Assembly: GCA_964252035.1 (NCBI GenBank)
Contig: OZ176207.1
DNA length: 64,000 bases
Reading direction: 5' to 3' (one strand)
Origin: Podarcis erhardii
Lineage: Eukaryota
In this document: in pieces, positions 1 through 13,301 of the stretch
Position numbering within the stretch: position 1 is the stretch's first letter
Layout of the letters: each line of letters starts with the position of its first letter
The notes under the pieces: model-generated
Databases searched by the model: none
What the model saw: only the letters and a program-made list of their open reading frames with translations
Told to the model about the DNA's origin: nothing
Position numbers and translations under genes: made by a program

Positions 1-270
1 ATAGAATTTACATGCAGTATCAACAAACACCACCCCATGTCTACAGGAAATCCTTGTTCTTTTCTGGACCACCATATGCATCGACGGAGCGTGCCTGAGC
101 CCACTCCACCCCCTTCTAGAATCCCACCCCCTTTTCATGACATATTTATGATGTTTGGAGGATACTTCTGGGTTTGGTGCTGTGAACTCATCGTTTGGGT
201 GCGCCTAAATTGGAAGTTGCCCATATTATTAACACATCAAAGCAAAAAAGAAAGAAAGGGGGACACTTAC

Positions 271-464
271 CAACACATTCATTTTCCATGAGAATGTGCC
301 TTGATTCACACTCATCACACAGCTGCCCTGTTACACCTTGTTTGCAGATGCATTGCCCAGAGATATGATCACAATTATTGTGAACAGAACCGTTTGGGTT
401 GCACTGACACTGCTGACAGTGGCCACCAGGTGCTTTAGGATTGCCATAATAACCTGGAGAACAC
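271..464 (-). CDS. LAMA1: LAMA1 exon 32, LE (CSPGYYGNPKAPGGHCQQCQCNPNGSVHNNCDHISGQC...LMENECV), 194 nt
   Basis: Acceptor ctctAG, donor GTAAGT; next exon lies outside the window. Confidence 0.95.
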
Positions 465-1063
465 CTAGAGGGAAACAGAGGTTCATTTATTTATTTTATT
501 TCTTCAGTTTTCAGCACACACCCTTCATCAACACACAATCCCAAGGTGGGTTGCAACCTATAACAATGCAACACAATTTAACAGCAACATGCAATGCTGA
601 TGTTAAAACACCATATAAAATGCTTAACAGTATATCACTATGGCTGCAGGAGGGCCCTCGCTCAACGACAGGCCATATTACTACATCAGACTCCAGCAAA
701 AGCTTGGGAAAAGAGATGTGATTTTTAGCTGGCGCCAAAAAGCAAGTAACATTGACACAAAACATCTCTCAGGGGGAGGGGCATCCCATAGTCAGGGCAT
801 CACCACAGAGAAGGTCCTAACTCATATCATTGAGCAATATTATCTCACCTGGTAACTACACCGTGAAAATCTTAACACATGGACAGAGCCATTAACTCAA
901 GTCCCAAGTTGTCTGAGGACTTTATAAGTTACCACAGATACTTTTAATTTGGTTCAGAGGCACCCAGTGCAGATCCTATAGAACGGGCAATCTACCTAAT
1001 TTCTGGAACTCAAAGCTGCCAACCCACAGTGGAAGCTGCTTGGTGGTTCTGCGTATCTCTCAC

Positions 1064-1150
1064 CTTTCACAGTATTGCCCTTCATATCCAGTAATGCAAG
1101 CATTGCAGTAGAAATCACTCACACCTTTCATAATGCATGTGGAACTAAAG
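1064..1150 (-). CDS. LAMA1: LAMA1 exon 31, LE (FSSTCIMKGVSDFYCNACITGYEGQYCER), 87 nt
   Basis: Acceptor caAAG, donor GTGAGA. Confidence 0.95.
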
Positions 1151-1640
1151 CTTTGAGAAAGAAATAAAAAGAACAAGTTTTAGAAAGAATTCATATATAC
1201 CCACAAAAAACCTATTCACACAGGAATGTGTGTTTCTACTGGTTTGTATGCAATGGAGGGTGAAAGTAACCATCTTGTGGGGGGCAAGGATTTCTGCTTG
1301 TGCAATGGGACTTCCTCCTCAATCTGTTCTGTGGGTTCCTCCAACCCTCCAGAGAAGATTGGGGGAGGGGGAAGGGCACATGACGCAGAAATCCAAGCCT
1401 CCCTTTCTCCGATGGTATAGCTGCTTATTGCTGCATTGAATGCACACCACTGATTGTATGAACCAGCTCTCAGTTGGATATAGGGTGCTTCCAAATGGAT
1501 GTGTATTGTGGAATCAGCACTCCCCATGCAGACGAGTTTTTGCAGTTCCACAAGGCACCGCCGGCATCAAAATATCAGTCCATGTTTTTACCATTATATC
1601 CAAACTACCCTTTCTGGTGGAAACCTGGTAAACTAAAAAG

Positions 1641-1688
1641 GAAAAGAAAATGAAAAAAGAAAAGAAAAGAAAAGAAAAGAAAAGAAAA
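1641..1688. repeat. (GAAAA)n pentanucleotide repeat, intron 30
   Basis: Read directly. Confidence 0.9.
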
Positions 1689-2019
1689 CCTGCAGCCAAC
1701 AATCCATTTATGATATTTCAGCGATCCTTTTGCTGTATCGAGCTTCTGTATGGAAGCACCCATAGACACAATTCACAAAGAATATTCAGTGGAAAGCTAC
1801 TGCTCTGGATTAGCCATTTCATCATCTATCACCATTACTTTTCAAGCTACCCACACTGACCCTGATAATGGAATCTCTTAGCTCAGGGATTTAAAAACAA
1901 ACCAACAGATAAATGAAAAATTCCTAGAAATACAGCCTCTACCTTGCTACAGTACTACCTGGAAACAGTAAGTATAACAATAGTAATTATTAAAAACATC
2001 AAAGTTAATTTTTAGTTAC

Positions 2020-2141
2020 CTCCCTGGGCTCATTCTTGGACATGCACACAGAGAACAATCATTGACAGATCCAATCACCTTGCCGTAATAGCCTGGAGCA
2101 CAAACACTGCACTGGTCACCAGCTGTATTATCTCTGCAGTC
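2020..2141 (-). CDS. LAMA1: LAMA1 exon 30, LE (DCRDNTAGDQCSVCAPGYYGKVIGSVNDCSLCACPRMSPG), 122 nt
   Basis: Acceptor gctAG, donor GTAACT. Confidence 0.96.
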
Positions 2142-2853
2142 CTAGCAGGCAAAATCAGGAAGTTTAAGATGAAAGCAGAAAATTCAACGGAGAACATTTA
2201 ACTTTGGTGGGAAAAGAAAAGAGGCTGAAATCTAGAAAAGCAGCAAGGTATAAGGAACAAGAACATTCCATCTCAGGCCCTAATATCTCTGCAAGAGAGG
2301 GACAAGTATGCCCCCCCCACTTTGCCAAAGGTATTCCAAAATACAGTCCCAATACCTCCCAAGTCCCTCAAGCCAATTCAAGTCACCCCTACTCGTGACT
2401 AGCCCATGTTAATTTTTATAAACTGTAATTAAAGCTTTTTTTGTTAACGCTGCAATACTAAAACACTGAATTCAGAGGGCCTTACTTTATCAGTGAAGTT
2501 TAATTTGTTAAGCACAACCATTACACTGCCAACCCCATCCTCCATTGCTGCAAAAATGGGTGTGTGTGTTAAATTGTTCCTTGTTGTTGTTCCTTACAGA
2601 CCTTAAGTAAATGCTTAAATGAAATAAAAACATGCCTCTGATTACCTACCGATTAATCCAAAGCAGTGTGCAGCTTCTGTAGAAATGTATACTATCCAAG
2701 TGTAAAAAAATACTTCACATTTTCAATTTGGGAACTAAATAGGACTTTCATGAACTTCCATTCTTTGGAATTTTCTCTCCCCCCCCCCCCCCCGAGTTGT
2801 TAAGTTATTGATACTGTGACAAAAACCAGCCTAGCCCTAGTAAGTCCACATAC

Positions 2854-3000
2854 CAAACACTTTCCTGTTTCTTGGTTGCAAACATCACTGTGGTTGTTGC
2901 ATCTGCATGGCACGCAAGTTGGGATGAACGAGGGGAAGGCTTTAAGGTTTGCAGACTTGTCCACATACTGTTTCTCTCTGTAGTATCCTTGTGCACAGTC
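2854..3000 (-). CDS. LAMA1: LAMA1 exon 29, LE (DCAQGYYREKQYVDKSANLKAFPSFIPTCVPCRCNNHSDVCNQETGKCL), 147 nt
   Basis: Acceptor tgtAG, donor GTATGT. Confidence 0.95.
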
Positions 3001-3093
3001 CTACATTGTAAAAGAGTTGAACATGCTTTTAAACGGCAACTGAACTTTTGCTTGTACAGAAGATATTTTAAGACGCCCCAGCAAGTAACATAC

Positions 3094-3214
3094 CTGGCAT
3101 GAGAGGCCTGCATAACCTTCAGGGCATATACATTTCTCAATGAGATGAGCCACTTCCTTAATCAAGGGCATCTCGTCAGCTTTCATAGCAATTTCCATAG
3201 AGACATTTGAGATT
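3094..3214 (-). CDS. LAMA1: LAMA1 exon 28, L4b end (ISNVSMEIAMKADEMPLIKEVAHLIEKCICPEGYAGLSCQ), 121 nt
   Basis: Acceptor cttAG, donor GTATGT. Confidence 0.96.
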
Positions 3215-3720
3215 CTAAGAGATAATTACATAAAACAAAAAATAAAATAAAAAATGATGCAGTGATGTTCATTTAGGAAACAGAACCTGCAGTTTGACTG
3301 TTTACTAGGGGTGTGCTTCAATCACAAAGTTTGGTCTGGAGCCCAGTTCAGTGCTTTTAAAAACAGCCTGCCTTAGGTATTGCCATTTATATCTTGACTA
3401 TGCAAGTAATCTCTCAAATATGCACTAATAATCTGAGTCCTACTAATCTAACCCTTAGTTTCCTAAAAATAAAATAAAAGACTAGAACCAAAGAGTGTTT
3501 CACCAAGCACAAGCAGTTTCCCACATGCACTGGGACACTACCAGTTTTCCACTTCAAGAAGCTGTACTGAAGGCTTGTTCTGTAAGGTACCATGACTTTC
3601 AGGGTTTTTTGAGTAAAGTGGCCCTTGAGTATCACTCATATCAAGACAACATGCTTACTACCTTACTCACATTTTATCAAAGTTAAGAACCCCTAGGTAG
3701 AGTAGTTAGCAGAAGTTTAC

Positions 3721-3848
3721 CTGCTTTGTTGTAATCCTTGACCATACGATGCCTTTATCAAGATGTACTCAACATTGCTCAGCACTGACATGAAGTCAGA
3801 ATGTGAAACAGATTCATCAGACACCGAATTAAAGTATTTCCAGGCACT
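3721..3848 (-). CDS. LAMA1: LAMA1 exon 27, L4b (SAWKYFNSVSDESVSHSDFMSVLSNVEYILIKASYGQGLQQSR), 128 nt
   Basis: Acceptor tttAG, donor GTAAAC. Confidence 0.96.
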
Positions 3849-4547
3849 CTAAAGAAAAATAAATAAATTTGCATCACTTGCGAACACCCAGTGTTACAAT
3901 GTTGCTTGATGGTATTTGTTTTGGATTGAAAGAGGAGAGCAACAAGGCACTTCCACAACCAATGAATCGGGTTCCAGGCAGAAGCCAAAACACTTAAGCT
4001 CTTAAACTGTCTTCACGTGCACTCTGATATGGCAAGGGAATGGTGACAGATTGTGCGAGCAACATAAAATTACACTGTAGCCCACCCCTATGTTGCAATA
4101 TTGTGCTATGCCTGAAATTGAAAATCATAGTTTGTTGCTGGTTTATAAACCTTGGCTCATGTCAACCATGGCTCAGTGTTACTCGTGAACCCAGCCTATA
4201 TCTTCAAATGGTGCACAACCCAGTCTGGAGAGGTACTAAAACAGCCTAAATGCAGTGTGCACCAAGCAAAATCTGCATTGTTGCTGCTATCTGTTTTCAT
4301 CCATAGTATCTATAATGTTTGCAAACAAAGCCTTGATCTAGGATTAACATGTTTCCACAATATGTGTGGAATTTAACAGGCATCTAAGACTCCTTCCCAG
4401 ATCTATATGAAAAGACATTACATCTTGCTTGAGCAAAATGGTCCCAAGACAAATGTTTAGGGAGTTCCAAAGTAGTACAGAAACAAGAAAAAGACTTTCT
4501 TGAAGGCAAAGCCTCTAATTCATCAAATTGAAATGTTTTAAACTCAC

Positions 4548-4733
4548 CTCTATCATTTCTATTTCTTCATCTTGTCTTACTCCATTCTCTGGAGCAGGAA
4601 TTTCCACATAGATGACTTGTTTACTGGTGCGACCCCCTTTCATTAAGATTTGCGGTTCAAGGTTTGAGGTTCCAATGCCATCCAAAGCATAAAAAGCTAC
4701 TGAGTATTTCAATTTTCCACCATATGCCATGAG
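4548..4733 (-). CDS. LAMA1: LAMA1 exon 26, L4b (LMAYGGKLKYSVAFYALDGIGTSNLEPQ...EIEMIE), 186 nt
   Basis: Acceptor aacAG, donor GTGAGT. Confidence 0.97.
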
Positions 4734-5773
4734 CTGTTTGGATGAGAAATCATTACACTTTTGTTTTCTTTGATAATTTTAACTGAAATCTAGACCAGGA
4801 GGAGGAAATAGCTTAATCAAACTCAGCAGCAAGCCATATGCTCCTCATCCTTAGTCTGATATCAAAGTATTCCGATATTGAGACTACCTTTATTGAGATG
4901 ATTCTTCACATCTTGGAATTTAATGGAAACTTTGCAAGAGCTGAGATTTCAAAATGAAAGCAAAATACATCACAACACAGATTTTCTGGAAATGAATTTA
5001 AATAAAGTTTGGGAATGTTGATATTGCCAGTACACAGGTCCTTGCAAGACCTTGACTGTGTTAACAAAAAAAAGAGCACAGGTTGATCAAAGCCAGAATC
5101 TTCTTTTCAGCAGCAGCCAACCACAAGCTCTTCAGGAAGCTCTTAAACAGGGCATGAAGTTAATAGTTTTCTTCCACTATGGCTCCCCAATAGCTGGTAT
5201 TCTGGGGTATATTACCTTATAACACATAGAGGTTCCATTGGACAATCAAAGTAAACATTGGTAAGGATCTCAGTTGTAAATTTGCCTAATTTCCTTTAAA
5301 AGTCATCTAAAATAGTGGCCAACACCACATTGTGTGGCACTGAATTCCATAAACTATGGTAAGTAAGTGCTATATGAAAAAGTCCTTTCACTCAGTTCTA
5401 TTATTCTGCAAGCAGGCTCAAATCTAGCACAGAATCTAAATATGCAACAGAATCTAAATATGCCACAGAAAATACTTTTGTTTTGACATGCATTTAGAAA
5501 TAAGAAGTGAATGAATATTAAAATTATGCACACTGATTTTTTAAAATATATATTTACTTTTGTTTCTCTTCAAAGTTCTCAGAAGGTGGCAGTCCTTCTA
5601 ATGTCCCCACCCCCAGAATATATAGAAACACAGTCAAATCCAGATTTATTCATAGTTAGAGTGGAACCATTGAAATCAATGGGCCCTAAGGGGGTTACAT
5701 CAGTCACAACTATTTCAATGGGAGTACTCAAAGAATGTCTAGGTCTGACTCTAAAAATAACTCATATGCTTAC

Positions 5774-5953
5774 CTGGTCTCCCTGGAACTGATCCGGCAA
5801 TTTCCAGTAAAAAGGTTCTGTAGTCAAGTGTTGTCGGACTGCTTTGACATCCATTAAGATATCAGGGAACTGGGAAAATACACCTTCACTGGTTCCAGTG
5901 AGGTTACTGTGAGAAACCACATACAGAACAGTCTGCTGCAGAGACAGGGTGAC
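5774..5953 (-). CDS. LAMA1: LAMA1 exon 25, L4b (VTLSLQQTVLYVVSHSNLTGTSEG...FYWKLPDQFQGDQ), 180 nt
   Basis: Acceptor ttcAG, donor GTAAGC. Confidence 0.96.
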
Positions 5954-6667
5954 CTGAAATGCCAGACTAATAGGTCATACCTCTTTGTAAAATGCACTAT
6001 ATCGTTTCTAGCTAAGCAAGATTTCAAATGATCTGTTTTCAAGTAAATAAAACATACACATTATAACTTTGAAATTTTGAAGGAAATTAATTTTTTCAAA
6101 AAATGTGTTATATTCCTGTATTTCTATGAAGTAGTTTCATAAAGCTGAATGGCAGTATATGGATGCATCACTGGCTTTCCCATGTATAGTTCACAGGTCA
6201 TGTCAAAGCAAGGCAGTGAGGGAGAAGCAGCCACAGCAGCAAAGGAATAAAAGGTAGCAAAGACCTTCTTTGCATGATTATCATGGTGTGGCAGAGCTTT
6301 AAGGTTGTACTACGGCCCTAGGATTACTAGAGCTCAATCCAATCCAAACTTCATTGACAGGGAGATGTATACAAAGGCTAATAATATTTTATTTGTTTAT
6401 TACAAACTTTTGTATCCCACCCACCAATCAAATTATCTCCAAGACTGTTTACAACAGATACAAATCAACTAACCCATCTGCTGCTATCTGGATGTCCTAT
6501 AAAGGTGACAATGGCACATGGCCTTAAAGCCTCTTCCCAACTCTCTGCTGTTCTTGCAGTCACTGGGATCAAATACGAGATCAAGCTGCGTGCAGATCAA
6601 ATTATGACAAGACAAGGTTCAAATGCAACCGAAAACCAGGCACAGAGGGTGAAACTGCTTTACTCAC

Positions 6668-6811
6668 TGGAACTCTCACATGGTCTTCTACTTCTGAACA
6701 TGACTCCGACATCCCAGAGCAAAAGCATGAGATGCATCCCAAAGCATTAGTGGCATGAAGAGCAAATGTCCCAGGTTTGCATTCACTGCAATGCAATCCA
6801 ATCACATTCTC
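6668..6811 (-). CDS. LAMA1: LAMA1 exon 24, LE to L4b (ENVIGLHCSECKPGTFALHATNALGCISCFCSGMSESCSEVEDHVRVP), 144 nt
   Basis: Acceptor gtcAG, donor GTGAGT. Confidence 0.96.
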
Positions 6812-7712
6812 CTGACAAAGAAATAGATTGTTAACGCCAGTAGGGCTTGAACACTGGACTGAACAGTTTCAGCTCATAGGTCTCCAGTTATTTACACAAC
6901 TCAGTTTGCCATCTAGAGAACTTCTTATTTAGTATGGAGTGGCTTGTGGCATGACTGGAGTAAAAGTTCTAGCCCACACAGTGTGTCGGGGCAAGTAGTT
7001 GCTCCCATACTGCTTGCTACTCTTTAACTGCTTGATCAACACACAAACCGTGAGCATGCCTGGTTTCATCCGAGTCCTAATCCTGCTCTTGACTGTAGCC
7101 AGTATATCGTACCCATGGACCACATGAACCTCCAGCACAGACACATGAGGAGGTTGTGAAAAGCAGCAGTGGTGTTCTCACAGGGGTAGTGATGTGTTCA
7201 CGAGAACAAGGAAGGGGTGGGGCAAAGTGGCAGCAAGCTCTGAGTTTGCCAGCAGTATTGTCCTGCAGGTGCGTGAGCACTTTGGACACACAACTGAACA
7301 CCTATGAAAAGCTGACACAGCCAACCCAGAGCTCCTCCAATGCCTTGCACAATCCTTGCCCTGACAAATTATTCACTGTTCCACCTACTGTATACCATGT
7401 ACGGCTGAAGCTAATACAGGGTGCCTTATTTCTGTTTCTAAACTATAGTTTTTATTTTGTCCTGAATGCAGCTTGACGTCCTAATTCAATGTTCTAACAC
7501 CCAATTTTGGTCTAAACTCTTTCCTACAAGGTAAATGTTTTGCATGTCCAGTCTGAAGGTTACACATTTGTTTTGCTCCTATATAAACCTAAACCTGGCT
7601 CCCCCCCCCCCAGAAAACACTAGTTGATGTCTGTGAAAGTGACTATTATTGTATTACAGGCAAAGAAAAATGCACAAAGAAAAATAATAAGCAGGCAAAG
7701 ATTTCATGCTAC

Positions 7713-7949
7713 CTTGCAGACACATGCACCAGTTTCCTCTTCACAGTTGCAGATTCCTTGATTTTGATCACACATGTCTACTTTGCTGCCCCGCAAGTCA
7801 CAATCACAAGGAATGCAATCTGGGTAGTCTCTATACCCCAAAGCACAGATAGCGCAGCTGTATCCTCCGTATCCATTCTTACACTGACATTGAGCAGTCA
7901 GCTGGTCACACTGGAGACTGACTGAACCTATATCACTGCAATTGCAGGC
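7713..7949 (-). CDS. LAMA1: LAMA1 exon 23, LE (ACNCSDIGSVSLQCDQLTAQC...TGACVCK), 237 nt
   Basis: Acceptor tctAAG, donor GTAGCA. Confidence 0.96.
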
Positions 7950-8129
7950 CTTAGAAGAAAACAGGACAAGAGATATGTGAATCTTGCAAAGGTCATGAAG
8001 TTCAGAAACTATAAACTTTTGACAGACATTAAAACTTGCCAGCAATTTTGTGTAGAGGAAAGTCCAACTTTAGAAATTGAATACTTTACCCAACATTCTC
8101 AAAAGATTTATCATCTGACCCCTAAATTA

Positions 8130-8448
8130 CTATATTTTTCGCCCTATAGGGCGCACCGGCCCATAGGGTGCACCTAGTTTTTTGGGGGAGGAATAAAGGG
8201 GAAAAAAATATTTTTCCCCCAGGCGCTTCCCCCGCCCCAGCCCCCAGAACAGGCTGCTATCCGCAAACCTAGGGAGCCTGGCGGGAACTCCCGCCGGGCT
8301 CCCAAGGCTTGCGGATAGCTTCCTGAAGCCTGGAGAGCGAGAGGGGTCGGTGCGCACCAACCCCTCTCGCTCTCCAGGCTTCAGCGAAAGCCTGCATTCG
8401 CCCCATAGGATGCACACACATTTCCCCTTCATTTTTGGAGAGGAAAAA
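8130..8448 (+). mobile_element. Probable Tc2/pogo-like non-autonomous element, one end only, intron 22
   Basis: Begins TA|CTATATTTTTCGCCCTATAGGGCGCAC; CpG-rich island in an AT-rich intron; no matching right TIR found. Confidence 0.55.
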
Positions 8449-9811
8449 GAGCTACATCTCCCCTAAGTAGATAATTTCGGTTTGCAGGTGACCATTAAAC
8501 AACTAGAATTGATCCAATACGAGCCATCACCATTACAATACCTTAAAAAAAAACCCCATCTAAACAACAATTACTTGGCCATGAAGCAAGGAAAAGGAGG
8601 CAGAAGACTCTCACAACACCCCATATGTGGGACTCCCTAGCTCAGCAAGTTAAATCATCTTCCTCTTTATCAATGTTCCACCAACATCTTAAGATAAGCT
8701 TTAAATAAGCTTTGATTCTATTGCTGTTTAACTGTATTAATTTATATTATTTTTATTAGCTGAACTGCTGCTCTTCTCTTAAAAAAATATCTGGAAATGG
8801 TAGTTTAGAAAAGGTTCTGATCATCCTTTGTGAAAGATCCCTGGTTTTCCTCGCATAATTGCCACTTCCATAGTCCTCTGGACAGAGGAAAGGGTGTTAA
8901 ATCTTACATCTGTATAGATAATCCCTTGACATGGTATTAATGGGTTCTTTTCAGCTAATGAAGAGCTTATTGAAGTCACAGCTCACTGGTTTGCAGTTTG
9001 CATACTGCATCTAATTCCTTATTATACCTTCTTTGTCTACCACTTACAATGTGCTTGTCACATTTCCCCCCTATACTTGCAGCTATAAGCTCCTAGCACG
9101 ACGTCAAATCTGAGCATTCCCATGTGAAAATATGGAACTAGTCAAATTGTTCTAGAGCCACGCAACCTTGTTTTAGCTTCTTCTTCTTCATTTTAAAAAA
9201 AACACATTGTTATGATAAAGGTGATCTCCCTTGGTGGACAAATTCTAGCTTTCTGCTTCATACTGGCTTCTTAGAAATAGACGGCTTAGGCTTCAGGTTA
9301 TAAATATTTTGAGAATATAGAATATATAGAATCCAAGGATGTATGAGCCAGTTTTTAATTAATGAATTGCTGAATGGTATTTCTTTCTCCACAACCAGAA
9401 AAAGACTCAAACTCAGGGAAATTCCTTGTCCTCTCAAAGACAATGTATCTTTCTAGTAACAAGTCATCCACCCAATATGGCTCTCATTAGTGAAGATGGA
9501 TTGATTAAGTGAAAGAAACTGTTATATACTGTGGAATTCTTACAGATGTTTACCTTGATCCATGGTTAAATGACATAAACCTCATTTATTATGATGATTA
9601 TGTCAATAAAGGGGATATATATTGTTCTACATACATCAAAACATAGGGAAGGAAGAAGAAAAAGTTTCTTTTTACCAGCATTAGCAAAAGCTAATATAGC
9701 AGAAGCTGACCTAATTTGTAGTGTTTAAATACCACAAATTCAATGTGCTATCTTGTGAAGTATTTTTTAAAGCTTTGTTTTTTAAAAGTTTCCTAACAAG
9801 CACAACGTTAC

Positions 9812-9948
9812 CTTGCACCCATTCTCTGGATCGACACCCCAGAAGTTCTCCTCACATAGTTCACATTTTTCTCCTTCAGTATGAGGGGGGCAGATGCATC
9901 TTCCAGAATCTCCATCACAAACATCATGTGTATGAGCACAATTGCAAG
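9812..9948 (-). CDS. LAMA1: LAMA1 exon 22, LE (CNCAHTHDVCDGDSGRCICPPHTEGEKCELCEENFWGVDPENGCK), 137 nt
   Basis: Acceptor tgtAG, donor GTAACG. Confidence 0.96.
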
Positions 9949-10206
9949 CTACAGGAAGAAGACAGGGAGCAAGTAACCCATTTTGTCAGTGCTAGTAAAG
10001 TAATAGCAGTGCTAGTAGACTAACAGCAGTGCTAGTAGCAGTGCTGTAGCATCAGGTCCATCTCTGCCTTAGGTGGGCTCCACCTGTGAGTTTACTCATA
10101 AGGAAGGAAGTAGCTCATAAATGATTCCTATAAAGTCCTTTCCAATGTCTGAATTGGAATGTACACTGGTATCATCCAAGGTACACTGTTGTGTCTTAGG
10201 TGTAAC

Positions 10207-10352
10207 CAGTGCTTTTTTCTTTTCTTTAAAAAGGGTACTCTCATTTTCCTACTCATATTGAAATACTGCCCCTAAATGAGGCCAAACTTAAGAGTCACAA
10301 AATGTTTAGGGGTATGCGTACCCCTGTGTCCCGCCCCAGAAAAAAGTACTGG
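10207..10352. mobile_element. hAT MITE, intron 21
   Basis: TIRs CAGTGCTTTTTT and AAAAAAGTACTG; 8-bp TSD with 6/8 identity (ggtgtaac / ggtatatc). Confidence 0.75.
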
Positions 10353-10723
10353 GTATATCCGTTCAACATCTCATTCGGTTGCTCAAAATTCTTAACAGAT
10401 TGAGTCAACGGTAAAAGCAAGATTATTACCAACGCACCTCCTATAATCCCCACACCAAATGGCAAAAGGGCAAATTGGCACAGGAACCATTTTCATAAGC
10501 CCAAATCCTTATTCCAATAGTTGGAATAATTGGATTCCCATTGCAGGCAAAACATGATGAGAAATGCTTTGATATCACTCTGCTGACCAGGCTTTACAAA
10601 TAAATAAATGCTAAAGAGGCTCACAACTGACATTTCCCATGGTGCAGCACAAAGCATTTTGTTAAAAGAAAATTCGTAAGAGTTTAAGAAACTGCCATGA
10701 CCAGATTATGGGCTATAATTTAC

Positions 10724-10904
10724 GTGTGCAGCCACCGTCCCGGAATGCATAAAAGCCATGAGCGCAACGATCACACTTCTCCCCAGCTACTCCTGGCACA
10801 CAGAGACATTGTCCTTCATCATTACAGTCCTCAGCAGTTGAGCCAGCTTTACTGCAGTTGCAAGGACGGCAGCCAAGTCCGCTACTTAGGCCGTAATATC
10901 CAAG
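10724..10904 (-). CDS. LAMA1: LAMA1 exon 21, LE (LGYYGLSSGLGCRPCNCSKAGS...FRDGGCT), 181 nt
   Basis: Acceptor gacAG, donor GTAAAT. Confidence 0.96.
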
Positions 10905-11505
10905 CTGTCACAGAGAAAAGAAAAGTGTTTCAGCAATATTTCCTAGTTCCCTGAAACAAAAACAATTCCTCTCTTGTTTTCTTTTTCATCGCTGAATGCG
11001 ATCCATTCCTGCTCTTTGGCCTGCATAAAAATAGTGCAGTTCTGCTAGGCAGTGTGTTGGAAAACAGCTCCCAGCTCACATTTCCCCCACCCCACAGAAC
11101 TTATGGGTTCTACTGTGTCCATCAGAAGCCTTTGGAGAATATATAGGAAAAGCATATATTGTTATTTTAGAAAGGCTTTTGAAATACACAACCAGTTTCC
11201 TAGATGAAACTCCTTAAATGCAAAAGTTCACAAAAATAAAAATGGGGGCAGGGTGGGGTGGGGGTGGAAGTTTTGTTTGTCAAGAATCTATTAGTATATG
11301 AATAGATCCCAACATTACCATTGAATAACCATGCAGCACAAGTAAATGAAAAAAAAAAGTTAAACTTTTTCACTTCTCATGAATGTCAAATACTACAATC
11401 CACATCAGTTACACATGTTTTTAGACATTTATTTGGAGCTATTAGCCCAAATCTAAAAACTGCTGAGGTAACCAAGTTCAGCACAGGGTTAAGGCATTAT
11501 GACTA

Positions 11506-11684
11506 CAGTGGACGCTTGGGCTGCGAACGTGATCCGTGTGGGATGCACGTTCGCAACCCGCATCTGCGCGGGTTGCATTTCGGCGCTTCTGAGCATAGCG
11601 CGATTTAGCGCTTCTGCGCATGTGCGACTGCCAAAACCCGAAAAAAAACGCAGCCTGAAGTGGCTGTAACCCAAGGTATGACTG
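11506..11684. mobile_element. Tigger-like MITE related to the 33247 copy, intron 20
   Basis: Ends CAGTGGACGCTTGG and AAGGTATGACTG, TA flanks, shared internal GCGCTTCTG motifs. Confidence 0.83.
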
Positions 11685-12080
11685 TACATGATTCAGACCA
11701 TGTCTCAAGACAGCATGCAGGTTACCACCACCAGGCCGCTCCACCAACACAAATACTGGAGTATAAATAGAGCATGGTATCTTCTGTCTGTCTCTATATA
11801 TCTGACTGAAAAGAAAAGACCGGATTTTCAGTAACTCTGCACAGGGCCAGGACCATAACACTAAGGTTGACAAAAGAGTAACGGCTGGCAAAGTGAGAGT
11901 GGGGGGGGGGGGTGCACAGCCTTCGCTGGCAAAAGGGAAGGCTTTCAAAGGGTCCTATTTCACCCACAGGCACTGCCTAGGGGGACACCAGTAAAACATG
12001 AGTAAATTACCAATACATCAGTAGCGCAAAAGAAGTAAAATCATGTGTGCTAACATCAAGATTTATTATTTCTTTCTTAC

Positions 12081-12187
12081 CAAACACTTATCGCATCGGA
12101 GTCCCACCACATTTCCTTTGCATTGGCACAAACCAGTCTTCGGATGGCAGACGCTGGAAATGGAGCCATTCACATGGCACCCACACT
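12081..12187 (-). CDS. LAMA1: LAMA1 exon 20, LE (ECGCHVNGSISSVCHPKTGLCQCKGNVVGLRCDKCL), 107 nt
   Basis: Acceptor atcAG, donor GTAAGA. Confidence 0.96.
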
Positions 12188-13301
12188 CTGATGTGTAAAA
12201 AGCACAAATAGAAAAGCTGAATATAACCAGCTATTAAAAAAATACTTGAATAACTTTTCTCTATGTGAGGTTTACGATTCTATACCCCACTTTTGCATAT
12301 TCTTTCCATCAATATTTTAAATTTGTATTTTTGGATCCTGGACTTAAAATTAAGGCCAAGATCTAAACAGCGCCATGTGTGAAAGGAAAGTATTTCCACT
12401 CAGGAAAGAGGAGAGGGTGTTCTGTGTCTCCCCCCCCCCCAACTGCAACTCTGTTCTACATCAATTCTGCTCTAGAGGGTCGTCCAACATTTGAGTAGCA
12501 GCTCTGTGGGATTCACAAGGAGATGCAGTGAAAAGCAGAGGCGGGAATTGGCCCACAGACTATACAGATATCTATGCATATCTATGGAAAATAGACTAAA
12601 TTGAACTACAGAGACAAATCCATTGCCAGCACCAATGTAGCATTTGGAAAACCCTCAAACACTCTTGCCTCATTGTTGTAAATAATGGGATCTACAATAA
12701 AAATTGTTTTGACTCCATTCATTTTGAAATACATCTACCTCACTCTCTTCTTGAGATGTCCTTTTACCAATACAAAAGTACTAGAGGTGATGCATACAAA
12801 GAGATTAGGCAGGAAACTACTCTCATTGCAGGAAACACAAGTTGTTGTTTTTTTGCATTGGGGTGCCAATGAAATGGCTTGGATCCTAACTAGGCTTCCA
12901 CTGACAGGAATGTCTCCTGGATGGAGTTCGACACACAGGACTGTTCTGCTAATGGAAAGCAGAGAGATAACTTTCACCAATTCCTCCAAAAGGTCTGTGT
13001 GCCACCCAAAATCTGCTCTGGAGGGTTGGGGAACTAGACAGTAGAGCAGCATGTGAAGCATCAGAGGGAGATGAAAGAATCAGTAAATATTACCCCCACC
13101 CTTCTGCAAAAATGATCCTCTGCTGGAACACAGAGGAACACCCGTGAAAAGGAGGAGACACTGTGTTCTATCTATTCTATGCTATTTATTAATCCACTGA
13201 TTTCCTCAACCCTAATGTGCCTTTTTTTAGGACATTACATAAATCAACTGTCCTATGTATACAAAAATACTTGATCAGTTGATTTAACAGGAATTACTCA
13301 C

